Below are positions 1 to 10,443 of a stretch of 64,000 nucleotides of DNA, in pieces. Source of the DNA: Rhodospirillales bacterium (lineage in GTDB: Bacteria > Pseudomonadota > Alphaproteobacteria > Rhodospirillales > Magnetospirillaceae); NCBI GenBank assembly GCA_014379805.1, contig JACMLB010000038.1, positions 17,477 through 81,476 of the forward strand, in the 5' to 3' direction. Every line of letters begins with the position of its first letter. Positions within the stretch are counted from its first letter, which is position 1. Position numbers and translations under genes: made by a program. The notes below the pieces were generated by a model. That model was not told where the DNA came from and did not search any database. It saw nothing but the letters and a program-made list of their open reading frames with translations.

Positions 1-917
1 GGCACGTCGGTGGCGATCAGGGGCCGTCCGCAGGCCGCAGCTTCCAGCAGGGCCTTGGGCAGGCCCTCGCGATAGGACGGCAGCAGGCCGATATGGGCGT
101 CCCGCCACACCGCCCGGATGTCGTCCTGATGACCCAGGCAACGCACCACGCCTTCGCGCTGCCAAGCGTCCAGTTGCTGTTGCGTGATGGAGCGGGGATT
201 GGCCGGGTCGGGCTTGCCCACCAGCGCGATCTCCACGGCGATGCCGCGCCGCTTCAGGATACGGGCGGCGTCCACCGCCTCGCATACGCCCTTGTCCCAC
301 AGCATGCGGGCGACCAGCGCGGCGCGGACCACGCCGTCCGGTTCGGGCATGGGCTGGAACGCGGTGGTGTCGATGCCGGAACCACGAATCAACTGAATGC
401 GGTCGGGCGCAATCAGCCCCGAGCCTGCGAACATGCCCTGGTCGTCATGGTTTTGGACGATCAGCCGGTTGTTCTTGCCGCCAAGCAGCAGGCGGAACAG
501 GCCCCATAGCAGCGGGCGCAGCAGACGCGCCTTCCACGATGTGGCGGTGAAGACGAAGCCCAGGCCGGCCAGGGCGTTGATGACGTTGCCGACGCCCGCA
601 AGCCGGGCGGCGAGCGAGCCATACAACACGGGCTTGATGGCGACGTGGTGAACCACGTCCGGTCTGACCTTGCGGTAGATGCGGATCACCTGGGCCAACA
701 CCGCCAAATCCTTGAGGGGATTAACGCCGCCCCGATCCATGGTGATGGGCAGCAGGGTGAAGCCCTCGGCCCGGATCGCCTCGCCCAAATCATTGACCCG
801 GGTGGCCACGAAGACGTCGAAACCGGCGGCGCGGGCGGCGCGGGCCAAAGCGATGCGGTGGGACAGGAAGTACCAGTCCTCGCTGACCAGGAACAGCAGC
901 CGAGGGCGCGCGGTCAT
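1..917 (-). CDS. GT4 glycosyltransferase (CapM-like), runs off window edge
   Basis: Not in ORF track. Manual translation gives MTARPRLLFLVSEDWYFLSHRIALARAA... and C-terminal PSYREGLPKALLEAAACGR (GT4 EX7E motif). ATG overlaps the upstream TGA (ATGA at 914-917). Confidence 0.9.
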   Translation of the reverse strand, partial: MTARPRLLFLVSEDWYFLSHRIALARAARAAGFDVFVATRVNDLGEAIRAEGFTLLPITMDRGGVNPLKDLAVLAQVIRIYRKVRPDVVHHVAIKPVLYGSLAARLAGVGNVINALAGLGFVFTATSWKARLLRPLLWGLFRLLLGGKNNRLIVQNHDDQGMFAGSGLIAPDRIQLIRGSGIDTTAFQPMPEPDGVVRAALVARMLWDKGVCEAVDAARILKRRGIAVEIALVGKPDPANPRSITQQQLDAWQREGVVRCLGHQDDIRAVWRDAHIGLLPSYREGLPKALLEAAACGRPLIATDV

Positions 918-2149
918 GGATTCGGGCGGCTTTCCATGGCGGCGGCGATGGCGAACAGGGCGACGAAGGTCAGCCCCCACCACGGCGCCCAGATGGAGAA
1001 GTTGAACAGGGCCGAGCTCCAGAACGCAACGGTCAGGGCGACAACGGCCAGCGCGCCGACGCGGCGACCATTGATGAAGCGGCGGCCATAGCGCAGCACG
1101 ATGATCGCCAACACCGCCAACCATGGAAGGGTGCCGATCAAGCCGCTTTCGCTGGCCACTTCCAGCAGCCAGTTATGGGGATGGGACGGCACGAATTCCG
1201 CATTGATGCCGGGAACGTGGTCGCCGGCACCGGGGACCTGGCTGATCATGTTCAGGCCATATCCGACCCACGGGCTTTCCAGGAATTTGTGAAAGACAAA
1301 GTCCCAGATGGCTTGGCGGTGGAAGTCGATGACCTGCAGCGAGAACCACGGCTGATAGCCGTCACTGACATAGGTGAAATCGCGGAAAATCATGCGATAG
1401 CCGATGGCCGCCGCCGGGACAATCAGCAAGCCGCCCATCACTAGGATCAATCGGGGACTTTTCCACCACAGCAGGACGGTGACGGCGCCCACGGCCAGCA
1501 ACAGCCCGACAACCGCCGAGTCGCTGCGCAGGGCGAACAGCACGATAATCCCGTTGACGGTCAGGCCCAGCGCGATGGCCTTCATGCGCCCGCCCAGATA
1601 AAAGCCCACTGCCAGGATGATGGGAATTTGGCACATCAGCGACGAGGCATAGGGCTTGAGTTCCCGCACCGCGCCCATGGATAAGGCGGACTTGCCACGG
1701 ACCCAGGCCAGAATTTCGGGCAGCACGGTCAGGCCCAAATCCACCACCACAAAGCTGACGCAGGCCGCCACCATCAGGCTTTTCAGCGTCAACTGAAGGC
1801 GCGCCGGGTCTGCGGTCAGGTGGGTCCAGAAAACGTAGCCGCCAGCCATGAACAGGGCCACGCGCAGATAGATGCCAAGCGATGTCAGCGGGTGGAGTGA
1901 GAGGGCGACCGACGGCAGCAGGCACAGCATCAGCACGGCAATGGCGCGCGCCACCGTGTCGCGGGACAAGGTGCGGAGATTGTCCCGCGCCATGCGCCAA
2001 CTGTCGGCGAAGGCCAGCACCAGGGCGAAGGCCAGGACGGTTTGCATCATGCCTCGGCTGAACGCCATGGCCGGCACGCCCGCGCCCAGCAACACGCAGG
2101 CGGCCTGCCCGGCGGAAAACAGGGGGCGGCGCGTGGTTTGCGTGATCAT
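914..2149 (-). CDS. O-antigen ligase family (WaaL/Wzy_C) membrane protein
   Basis: Many TM segments; PWVGYG and HPHNWLLEVASESGLIG motifs. Start placed at ATG 2149 (ATGA overlap) rather than the track start 2227. Confidence 0.85.
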   Translation of the reverse strand: MITQTTRRPLFSAGQAACVLLGAGVPAMAFSRGMMQTVLAFALVLAFADSWRMARDNLRTLSRDTVARAIAVLMLCLLPSVALSLHPLTSLGIYLRVALFMAGGYVFWTHLTADPARLQLTLKSLMVAACVSFVVVDLGLTVLPEILAWVRGKSALSMGAVRELKPYASSLMCQIPIILAVGFYLGGRMKAIALGLTVNGIIVLFALRSDSAVVGLLLAVGAVTVLLWWKSPRLILVMGGLLIVPAAAIGYRMIFRDFTYVSDGYQPWFSLQVIDFHRQAIWDFVFHKFLESPWVGYGLNMISQVPGAGDHVPGINAEFVPSHPHNWLLEVASESGLIGTLPWLAVLAIIVLRYGRRFINGRRVGALAVVALTVAFWSSALFNFSIWAPWWGLTFVALFAIAAAMESRPNP

Positions 2150-3300
2150 GCGGGCACCCGCAAAGAATGGTAAAGCTCGGTATAACGTTGCACGCACGCC
2201 TCGATGCTGAGGTTGGTTTGGACCCATTGCCGCGCCGCCGCACCCAGCGAGCGGCGCAAATCGGGTTGACCGGCCAGATAATCCAGCGCCGCGCCCAAGG
2301 CGGCCACGTCTCCCGCCGGGTAGATCAGCCCGGTGCGGCCATGGGCGATGGCTTCGCCATTGCCGCCGGCATCGGACACGATCATGGGCAGACCCGCCGC
2401 CATGCCCTCAAGGATGCTGTTGGAAAAGCCCTCTTCGCGTGAGCACAGCAGGCCCATATCGCTGATACCCATCAGGGCGGGCACATCGCTGCGTTGACCC
2501 AGGAAGTGCACCTTGCCGTCCATCTGCGCCGCCTTGCAGCGTCGCGCTAGATCAGCCTTGGCGCCATCGTCGCGCCCGACACACAGCAGGGCCCAGTCCC
2601 CGTCCCGCCCGGACCAGTTGGCGAGCGCGTCCAGCAGATCGCTATGGCCCTTATAGGGGAGCAGGTTGGCGACGATGCAGAACACCAGGGTGTTCGGGCC
2701 GATGCCCAATTCCGCCCGCAACGCCGTGCGGTCCAGCGGTCGGGTAAACGGTTCGGAATCGATGCCGTTATAGATCAGCCGAATACGCTCCGTGGGTGCG
2801 TTTTCCTGGCGCAAATCCGTGGCGACCGCCTGGGAATTGGCTACCAGCAACGCCATGCGGCGGTGCAGGAAATATTCGATGCGGGTGGCGATGGGATGGG
2901 CGCGCTGATAGCGGTTCAGGCTGCGCCGGCTCATGATCATGCGGCGGCACCCGGCCATGAAGCCCGCCAAGCCTCCGGCCAGATAGGCCTCGGGCAGGAA
3001 GAAATGCACAAGGCGCTTGCGCTGGGTCAGCATAATCCACATCAGCATCAGGCCCGCCAAGGCCAGCCGAAGCCATGCCTTGGACATTGCCGGCGGCGAC
3101 AGCACGGGCACACCGGCGGCGCGCATGTCGTCCTCCAGGTGGCCGCCCGGATGGATTACGAAGATTTGCGCGTCGATGCCCGATTGACGCAATCGGGGCA
3201 GCACCCGAAGGAGATGCCGTTCGGTCCCGCCCACGTCGAGGCGTGGCGCCACGACAAGCACGGGAACCGAATCGGGGTGCATGGGTCCTTCGGTCGCCAT
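2146..3300 (-). CDS. GT4 glycosyltransferase
   Basis: GGTERH N-terminus and SREEGFSNSILEGMAAGLP motif. Alternative start ATG 3282 follows GAAGGA. Confidence 0.9.
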   Translation of the reverse strand: MATEGPMHPDSVPVLVVAPRLDVGGTERHLLRVLPRLRQSGIDAQIFVIHPGGHLEDDMRAAGVPVLSPPAMSKAWLRLALAGLMLMWIMLTQRKRLVHFFLPEAYLAGGLAGFMAGCRRMIMSRRSLNRYQRAHPIATRIEYFLHRRMALLVANSQAVATDLRQENAPTERIRLIYNGIDSEPFTRPLDRTALRAELGIGPNTLVFCIVANLLPYKGHSDLLDALANWSGRDGDWALLCVGRDDGAKADLARRCKAAQMDGKVHFLGQRSDVPALMGISDMGLLCSREEGFSNSILEGMAAGLPMIVSDAGGNGEAIAHGRTGLIYPAGDVAALGAALDYLAGQPDLRRSLGAAARQWVQTNLSIEACVQRYTELYHSLRVPA

Positions 3301-3307
3301 GTGTGGA

Positions 3308-4768
3308 TCAGAAGGCCTTCAAGCGGCGGAAGGCCACGACCACCATCTTCAACAGCAGCCAGCCATGGCGGAAGCGCGAGATCTGGGTGGTGCCATAGGT
3401 GCGCGCCGCATAGCGGATCGGGATCTCGATCACCTTCAGATTAGCCTTGGAGGCACCGAAGATCAGATCGAAATCGCCAAAGGGATCGAAGTCGCCGAAA
3501 TAGGCGCGGTCATTGGCGATGCGCTGGTAATGATGGCGCGACAGGCATTTGGTGCCGCACAGCGTATCGGTGAAGCGCTGGTTCAGCAGCCAGGTGAACA
3601 GCACCGAGAACGCCACATTGGCCAGATGGTTGAGGAAGCGCATGGCTTCCTCTTCCATGGGATAGACCAGACGCGAGCCGTTGATGAACTCGCCCTTGCC
3701 GCTGACCAGGGCCCGGTAGAATTTGGGCAAAGCCTCGGGCGGCATGGTCATGTCGGCGTCCAGGATCATCAGCAGATCGCCGCGCGCGGCGTTGAAGCCC
3801 TTGCGCACCGCGTCGCCCTTGCCCTTGCCGTCTTGGACCAGGGCCTTGATGTCGTATTCCGGATAGGCGGCGATGACGCGGTTGATTTCGTCCAGCGTGC
3901 CGTCCTGGCTGTGGCCTTCGACAAACAGGATCTCGATGTCGTCGCAGAAGCGCGGGATGCGCTTGACGATCTCTTCCACATTGCCGCGCTCGTTGCGGCA
4001 CGGCACCAGCACGGTGACAGACGGGTTGTCCAGCGCACAGTCAAGGCTGGGCCGGGCGACCACATAGTTGCGCAGGCAGGCGCGGCGCAGCATCGGGATC
4101 GGCACCAGGAAGCGGTTGATCAGGCTGCCCAGGCCGAACAGCTTGGCCGGGATCAGCTGGCGCCATTCCCGCTTGATCACTTCGAAATCGGCCAGTTCCA
4201 GCAGGTTTTCGATCTCGCCGGTGGACAGCCAGTTCTGATCCACCTGCTTCATGCGCAACCCGGCCATTTCGGCGGTCTTCAGGATCGGTTCCCAGAAGCG
4301 CGAGTAGTACGAGATGATGATGCGGGTTTCGCGGGTGGCGATGCGGTGGATCAGCCGCAGGGTTTCCTCGCAATCGTCGAGGAAGCCGATGGTGTCCGAC
4401 AGGATGATGAAGTCGAACTCGCCCTCGATGGATTCATAGGTGGCGGGGTTCGAGATGTCGCCCAGGATGAATTCGAATTCGGGCGCGCCCTCTTTCGCCA
4501 AATCCACCATGGCCGGCGAGAAATCCACGCCCACGCCGTGGGCAGGCTTCAGGGCACGCAGCAGCGCGCCGTCGCCGCAACCCAGTTCCAGAACACGCCT
4601 TCCCTCGGGGACGAGGAAACGCATGTACTTGTAGTCCTCCTCGTAAAAGCCCGACGCTTTCTCGCGCCAACTGGCGCGAACCGGAGCGATACGCTCGGCC
4701 CATTCAAGAATGCGGGCGGCGCGCTTGGTGGTGGTAGGGGAGGACAAATGAGCCATGGCAGTATCCAA
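3308..4768 (-). CDS. Class I SAM methyltransferase / GT2 glycosyltransferase fusion
   Basis: N-terminal VLELGCGDG SAM motif; C-terminal VPCRNE, GKGDAVRKG, ILDAD, DTLCG typical of polyprenyl-phosphate-type GT2. Alternative start 4756. Confidence 0.88.
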   Translation of the reverse strand: MDTAMAHLSSPTTTKRAARILEWAERIAPVRASWREKASGFYEEDYKYMRFLVPEGRRVLELGCGDGALLRALKPAHGVGVDFSPAMVDLAKEGAPEFEFILGDISNPATYESIEGEFDFIILSDTIGFLDDCEETLRLIHRIATRETRIIISYYSRFWEPILKTAEMAGLRMKQVDQNWLSTGEIENLLELADFEVIKREWRQLIPAKLFGLGSLINRFLVPIPMLRRACLRNYVVARPSLDCALDNPSVTVLVPCRNERGNVEEIVKRIPRFCDDIEILFVEGHSQDGTLDEINRVIAAYPEYDIKALVQDGKGKGDAVRKGFNAARGDLLMILDADMTMPPEALPKFYRALVSGKGEFINGSRLVYPMEEEAMRFLNHLANVAFSVLFTWLLNQRFTDTLCGTKCLSRHHYQRIANDRAYFGDFDPFGDFDLIFGASKANLKVIEIPIRYAARTYGTTQISRFRHGWLLLKMVVVAFRRLKAF

Positions 4769-4770
4769 AC

Positions 4771-6729
4771 TTATGATGACCGATCTGGGGCGGAGGCCGC
4801 ATTGCGGCTATCCATCCACGACTGAAAAACAAGAACCGCCCATAACTGGTGTTGCCAATTACGACGGCCGGACAAGTGTTCGTGCCAGGCTTGCCGGATG
4901 GGTCCGGGGGCGAACAAGCCGTCCTGGGCCAACCGTTCGGCAGACAGCAACTCTTCCGCCCACGGCCGCAACGGGCCACGCAGCCACGCGCCGATGGGCA
5001 CGCCGAAACCCATTTTCGGCCGGTCGATCAAGGCCTGCGGCACATGCCGGTACAGGACCTGACGCAACGCCCATTTGCCTTGGCCGTCCCTCAACCGCAA
5101 CGACGACGGCAGGCTCCAGGCTAATTCGAACACGCGATGATCAAGAAGCGGGATGCGTGCTTCCAGGCTGACATCCATGGTGGCCCGGTCCACCTTGGCC
5201 AGAATGTCGTCCGGCAGGTAAGCCATGGTATCCAGATACATCATCTCCGCCACCATGTCACTGTCGGCAACGCCGCTCCAGGCGGCGGGAACAGCGGGGG
5301 CGGCGCCCGGTACAAGGGCTTCGGGGTTCTGCCACAGCGAGGTCATGCGGCGATAGGCTTCCGCCGGCGAGGCGGCGCCCAGAATGGTCGCCAGCTTGTG
5401 GGCCTTGTCGCCGGCCTGCACGGGCCGCAGCTTTGCGGGCACCAGTCCGGCCACGGCATCGTAGGCGCCCACCGGAACGGCCTGGGCCATGGTGCAGGCA
5501 AGGCCGCGCAAACCGTTCGGGGTGGCGTGCATGATGCGGGCAAGCCGCTGCATCCACATATAGCGGTTATAGCCGCAAAACAGCTCGTCGCCGCCGTCGC
5601 CCGACAGGCTGACGGTCACGTGCCCACGGGCAAGGGCGGCCACTAAGCGGGTGGGAATCTGGGACGAATCGGCGAAGGGTTCGTCGTAGATTTCGGCCAG
5701 ACGGGGGACGATGGAGCGGGAATTCTCGTCGGTGGCGTAAAGCTCGGTGTGGTCGGTGCCCAGATGGCGGGCCACCGCCACCGCATGGGGCGCCTCGTTA
5801 TAGCCCTTCTCGTGGAAGCCGATGGAAAAGCTGCGCACCGGGCGGGTGGATTGCTTTTGCATCAGGGCGACCACCGCCGACGAATCGATGCCGCCCGACA
5901 GGAAGACGCCCACCGGCACATCGGCCACCATGCATTTGCCGACCGCGTCGGTCAGCAGGGCTTCCAGCTGGTCGATGGCTTCGGTGTCGCTGCCCTGGAA
6001 CGGTTCGGCCCGTCCCCGGCGCACGGCGTCGGCTGCCGTCCAATAGGGGATGGGCTGGGGCAGGCTGCGCTCGGCCAATTGCTTGGGGCCAAGGGTGATG
6101 ATGGTGCCCGGCAGCAGCTTGAAGATGCCGCGCCAGATGGAATGGGGCGCCGGCACATAGCCGTGGCGCAGGTACAGCGGCAGGATGTCGCGGTTGAGGT
6201 CCGCCGTGAAGGCGGGATGGGCCTCGAACGCGCGCAGTTCCGATCCGAACAGGAAGGTTCCGCTGTTCCAGCCATAATAAAGCGGCTTCTGGCCGAAGCG
6301 GTCGCGGCCCAGGGTCAAAACGCGGTCGTGGCGGTCCCACAGGGCCAGGGCGAACATGCCGTTGGCGCGCCGCAGGGTTTCCTCCAGGCCCCAGGCGCAA
6401 ATGGCCTCCAGCAGCACTTCGGTGTCGGAATGGCCGCGCCAGTTGCGGCCCGGCAGATCGGCGCGCAATTCGGCGAAATTATAGATTTCGCCATTATAGG
6501 CGATCACATAGCGCCCATCCGCCGAGGCCATGGGCTGATGGCCTTCCGGCGACAAATCAAGGATGGACAGGCGGCGATGGGCCAGGGCAAGCCCGGCCTC
6601 GGCATCCACCCAGGCGCCCCGGTCATCCGGGCCGCGATGGGCCAGAGTATCGGCGCAGGCCAAAGCGGTGGCGTGCAGCTTGCCTTCGTCAGCGCCGCCA
6701 GGGACGACAAAGCCGATCAGCCCACACAT
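4771..6729 (-). CDS. asnB: Asparagine synthase (glutamine-hydrolysing) family amidotransferase, glycan-type
   Basis: MCGLIG Ntn nucleophile, [40 protein letters not shown]. Confidence 0.93.
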   Translation of the reverse strand: MCGLIGFVVPGGADEGKLHATALACADTLAHRGPDDRGAWVDAEAGLALAHRRLSILDLSPEGHQPMASADGRYVIAYNGEIYNFAELRADLPGRNWRGHSDTEVLLEAICAWGLEETLRRANGMFALALWDRHDRVLTLGRDRFGQKPLYYGWNSGTFLFGSELRAFEAHPAFTADLNRDILPLYLRHGYVPAPHSIWRGIFKLLPGTIITLGPKQLAERSLPQPIPYWTAADAVRRGRAEPFQGSDTEAIDQLEALLTDAVGKCMVADVPVGVFLSGGIDSSAVVALMQKQSTRPVRSFSIGFHEKGYNEAPHAVAVARHLGTDHTELYATDENSRSIVPRLAEIYDEPFADSSQIPTRLVAALARGHVTVSLSGDGGDELFCGYNRYMWMQRLARIMHATPNGLRGLACTMAQAVPVGAYDAVAGLVPAKLRPVQAGDKAHKLATILGAASPAEAYRRMTSLWQNPEALVPGAAPAVPAAWSGVADSDMVAEMMYLDTMAYLPDDILAKVDRATMDVSLEARIPLLDHRVFELAWSLPSSLRLRDGQGKWALRQVLYRHVPQALIDRPKMGFGVPIGAWLRGPLRPWAEELLSAERLAQDGLFAPGPIRQAWHEHLSGRRNWQHQLWAVLVFQSWMDSRNAASAPDRSS

Positions 6730-6857
6730 GGGCGGCGTCCTTGCAGAAAGTCTTGATCATTGCCACCGGTGAACAGCATTTACCTTCACGCTCGCAATCG
6801 GCCCGGACAATTGTGGGCTTATAGCAGTTCTCTCCGCCCGGCGTAACACAGCACTGC

Positions 6858-7964
6858 CTAGGGCCTGAAGACCTCAAGGCTGCGCTCGGCCATGGCGGCG
6901 ACGCTGAAATGGTCGATGATGCGCTGACGCCCGCGTTCACCTTCGGCCACGCGGTCACTTGGCGGCAGGGCCAGCACGGCGGCCATGGCGGCGGCAAGCT
7001 GCGCCGGTTCCGATGGCGGCACCAAGCGTGAGGGCTCGCCCACGATATCCGCGCAATCGCCTACATCCGTGGCGACGCAGGGCACGGCGCAGGCCATGGC
7101 CTCGGCCACCACGTTGGGGAAGCCCTCGCCGGTGGAGCACAGCACGTCCAAATCCAGCGCCGAATAAACCGCCGGCATATCGCTACGCGCCCCGGCCCAC
7201 AGCACTTTGCCGTCAAGCCCGGACGACGCTGCCAAGCGGGTCAGTTCGGCTTGGTAGGCTGGCGGGCCGTCACCCACACAGACGAAATGGACATTGCCCT
7301 GCAGCAGGCCCGCCGCCTTCAGGAAGGTCGGGTGATCCTTCATGGGGTCCAGCCGCGCCACCAGACCGATCAGCACTGTGTCATGGGCAACGCCCCATTC
7401 GCGGCGCACCCGGTCGCGCCCGGCGGGATCGGGGTGGAAGATGGCGGTGTCGATGCCGTTGGGGATGACGGTCATGCGCTTGGCCGGATAGCCCGCCCCG
7501 GCATAATGGCGCAGACCGGCCTGGGAATTGACGATGATGGCGTCGGGCAGAGTGCTCAGCAGCCGCTCGATGCCATAGGACAGGCGGGACACCCGGTCGA
7601 AGCGGGACAGATCCATGACGCTGGAGCGGATGCCCCAAACCAAGCGGGGGCGGCCCGCCAGCCGCACCATGATGGCGGCCAGGATGTTGGGAACCGTCAG
7701 CACGCTGTGCACCACGTCGGGCCGGTCCTGGCGCAAGCGCCGCACCAGCGAGCGGCCAAAGCCCAGCACATCCCAGCGGTGGCGCTTGTCCAGCGACGAC
7801 ACCTGGACCCCGGCGGCTTCCAATGCGGGCCGCATGGCGCCGCCCGGATAGAAGGTCAGGACCGAAACCCAGTGCCCGCGCTGGCGCAAGGCTGCGGCCA
7901 GCACGACCAATTGCCGTTCGGCCCCACCCGCGTCCAGCGAGCGGGCAAGAATGGTGATGCGCAC
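6858..7964 (-). CDS. GT4 glycosyltransferase
   Basis: GGAERQL; STGEGFPNVVAEAMAC; GTG start preceded by GGAGG. Confidence 0.92.
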   Translation of the reverse strand: MRITILARSLDAGGAERQLVVLAAALRQRGHWVSVLTFYPGGAMRPALEAAGVQVSSLDKRHRWDVLGFGRSLVRRLRQDRPDVVHSVLTVPNILAAIMVRLAGRPRLVWGIRSSVMDLSRFDRVSRLSYGIERLLSTLPDAIIVNSQAGLRHYAGAGYPAKRMTVIPNGIDTAIFHPDPAGRDRVRREWGVAHDTVLIGLVARLDPMKDHPTFLKAAGLLQGNVHFVCVGDGPPAYQAELTRLAASSGLDGKVLWAGARSDMPAVYSALDLDVLCSTGEGFPNVVAEAMACAVPCVATDVGDCADIVGEPSRLVPPSEPAQLAAAMAAVLALPPSDRVAEGERGRQRIIDHFSVAAMAERSLEVFRP

Positions 7965-8026
7965 GCTTTCCTCCGTGTACGGGGACGTGGCACACTCCGG
8001 CCCGCCGCTTCAAAAATCGGACCCAG

Positions 8027-9364
8027 ATGATGCCTGCCGTTCAGCAAACGAGAAACATTTTTCCACTGCATTGCGCGGGCATTTTCCTGTTGGGGATTTT
8101 GGCGGGGGCCGTCTGGGTCGCGTTTTATCAGCTGAACGGAATCCCGCTGCTGGACCCCGCCTTCGAGACCGGCAAATACACGGAGCCGGCTTATTACTTC
8201 CTGGGCCTGCTTCCCCACGACAACCCCGAACGGCTGCCGCTTTATCCGGCAATCATCTGGCTGACCTTCTCGCTGTTCGGCGTGGACAATTATCTGGCGC
8301 TGGCCTTGGTGCAATGCCTGTTCACCGGCGGCGCCACCTTGGGCATCGCCCTGGCCGCCCGCGCCATTCGCGTTGAATGGACGTGGCCGGCGGCACTGTT
8401 GGCCTGTGTGTGGCTTAACCTCAGTTACCGCACGGCGCTGCTGTTGCCCGATCTGACCTTCACCACCTTTGTCGCCGGTGCGTTGGCCGCCATGCTGTGG
8501 GCGGTGCGCAGCGAAAGGCCGGTACGGTTCCTGGCGACGGCGGTCGTAATGCTGGATTGTGCCTTGCTGACCCGGCCTGCGGTTCTCGGTCTGCCGATCC
8601 TGATGCTGCCGCTGTTGATTTGGGCGTTGCGGGGGCGCCGCCACTGGTCGTGGGTGAAGATCGCGCTCACCGTCGCTTGCCTTGGCACCGCGCTGGGTGT
8701 GGCATCCCTGCCCCAATTCCTGCGCTCCCACGCCCATACCGGCCAGTGGCTGTTCACCCTTCAGGCCGGCGACCACGCTTTGCATGTGCCGCCCTGTTTG
8801 GCGGTGCGCTGGGGCTGCGGCAATTCCAGTGATGCCGTCACCGCCGAGGGCCGCCGCCGCTGGCGCGAACGCATCGCCGCCTTGCCCGAAGGCGAACGGG
8901 ATGATCTGGCCGCCAAAAACCGCCTGGGCAAACAGGTCGCGCTGGAAATGATCTTGGAACAGCCGCCCGCCACGGTGGTTTCGGCCATCATCGGCAGTTG
9001 GACCAAATTGATGCTGCACAATGTGGGCAGCGACATTCTCGACCGCCTGCACGTGCCCTTCCTGTTGCCGGGCCAATGGTTCTCGGGTGGGCTGGCCCAA
9101 AATCTTCCGGGCACCGTGGCCTGGACGATCATGGAACTGATGCTGCTGGGATCACGCGTTCTGCAGGTGGTGGGTGTGGTGGACGGATTGCGAAACCGCG
9201 AGCGGCGGGTGGAAACCCTGCTGTTGCTGGCGGTGGTCGCGGCCTTCCTGGCGATTTCCGTGGGCTTCGGCAATCACCGCTATCGCACCCCCATGGAACC
9301 GGCCCTGCTGGTCCTGACCCTCATGGGCTGGCAGGCCGTCAGCACGAAATGGCGTCGGCGATAA
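8027..9364 (+). CDS. Polytopic membrane protein, GT-C (ArnT/PMT/GT39-like) candidate
   Basis: About 11 hydrophobic segments; ERLPLYP, LTRP and terminal RYRTPMEP, similar to RYRLPLE of 52975-54147. Confidence 0.7.
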   Translation: MMPAVQQTRNIFPLHCAGIFLLGILAGAVWVAFYQLNGIPLLDPAFETGKYTEPAYYFLGLLPHDNPERLPLYPAIIWLTFSLFGVDNYLALALVQCLFTGGATLGIALAARAIRVEWTWPAALLACVWLNLSYRTALLLPDLTFTTFVAGALAAMLWAVRSERPVRFLATAVVMLDCALLTRPAVLGLPILMLPLLIWALRGRRHWSWVKIALTVACLGTALGVASLPQFLRSHAHTGQWLFTLQAGDHALHVPPCLAVRWGCGNSSDAVTAEGRRRWRERIAALPEGERDDLAAKNRLGKQVALEMILEQPPATVVSAIIGSWTKLMLHNVGSDILDRLHVPFLLPGQWFSGGLAQNLPGTVAWTIMELMLLGSRVLQVVGVVDGLRNRERRVETLLLLAVVAAFLAISVGFGNHRYRTPMEPALLVLTLMGWQAVSTKWRRR

Positions 9365-10427
9365 TCGCGGCGAAACGCTCACGGAACGCCAGCCGCCCCT
9401 CGGCCGAGGCCACGGCGCGGCGGTAATCGGCCTGTCCCTGGCGGGCGATCTCCACATAGCGGGGGTAATCTGTCAGTGCGCGTTCCACCAGTTCGGGCAG
9501 GTCGGCGCAGCTCCAATGGTGGCACAGGATGGTCTCATTGCCGCGGAACAGATTGGGCCAGGTTTCCATATGGCTGCAATCGGGCTTGATCAGCAGGGCG
9601 CCCGACAGGAAGCATTCCCAGTCGCGGTAATTGATTTCGCCAAAGCCGAAGGGCGAAACGATGACCCGGCTGGATTCCATTTCCCGCAGATAGTCCCGCC
9701 GCGACAGCCGGTCGGTGGCGACCCGGTCGCCCAGCAGGCGGGTGGCCTCCAGGCGCTGCCACGCCACGGTGGCGCGGGAATACCGCGTGCTCATGCGGGC
9801 CGAAACCGCCACGGGCCGGTCCACGCCTGGGGCCACGAAGCGGCCCGGCGGCTTCAGTAAGCCGGGTAAGCGCAGCCGGCGGTACAGGCGCGAGCGATAG
9901 AGGCCCTGGAAGGAATAATCGGCGAAGCCCGAATTCCACGACACCCGGATACGCTCGGCCAAGGCGGGATCGGCGGGCGGCCAGGATGGGCCGGGGGCTT
10001 CGTCTGTGATGCCCTGCACCCCGTGGGCGTAATCGGTGTGCGCCCGCCCGCCATACAGGGATTGAGCATAAAGGGAGCGGTCCTTCAGCGCCTGATTCTT
10101 GTAATAGCCGCGCACCAGGGGCAACACGGCGGCATTGACCCAGCCGGTGCTGTCGGTGGTGTCGAAGAACAGGGTGGGGGTGCGCTCGGCCCAGGACGCC
10201 AGGGTGTCGAGTGCCTGGGTGGCACGGCCATCGCCCCAATGGTCGCGGAATACCTTGCTGTCCACGATCAGGGTATCGCACTGGGTCAACTCGGGACCGG
10301 GTGCGGCCAGGATGCGCAGATCGACGCCGTGCGCCTTAAGCGCACGGCGATTCAACACCAGTGGGAACAGCAGGGCCAGTCCGTTAGGCGACGCGAAGTC
10401 GTCGGACAAGACGTGGACGCGCCGCAT
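9339..10427 (-). CDS. Putative glycosyltransferase (Glyco_trans_1_2-like C-terminus)
   Basis: SRVIVSPFGFGEINYRDWECFLSGALLIKP resembles a GT-B donor domain; operon context. Confidence 0.6.
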   Translation of the reverse strand: MRRVHVLSDDFASPNGLALLFPLVLNRRALKAHGVDLRILAAPGPELTQCDTLIVDSKVFRDHWGDGRATQALDTLASWAERTPTLFFDTTDSTGWVNAAVLPLVRGYYKNQALKDRSLYAQSLYGGRAHTDYAHGVQGITDEAPGPSWPPADPALAERIRVSWNSGFADYSFQGLYRSRLYRRLRLPGLLKPPGRFVAPGVDRPVAVSARMSTRYSRATVAWQRLEATRLLGDRVATDRLSRRDYLREMESSRVIVSPFGFGEINYRDWECFLSGALLIKPDCSHMETWPNLFRGNETILCHHWSCADLPELVERALTDYPRYVEIARQGQADYRRAVASAEGRLAFRERFAAIIADAISC

Positions 10428-10443
10428 GGACCAGTCCCGTCGA

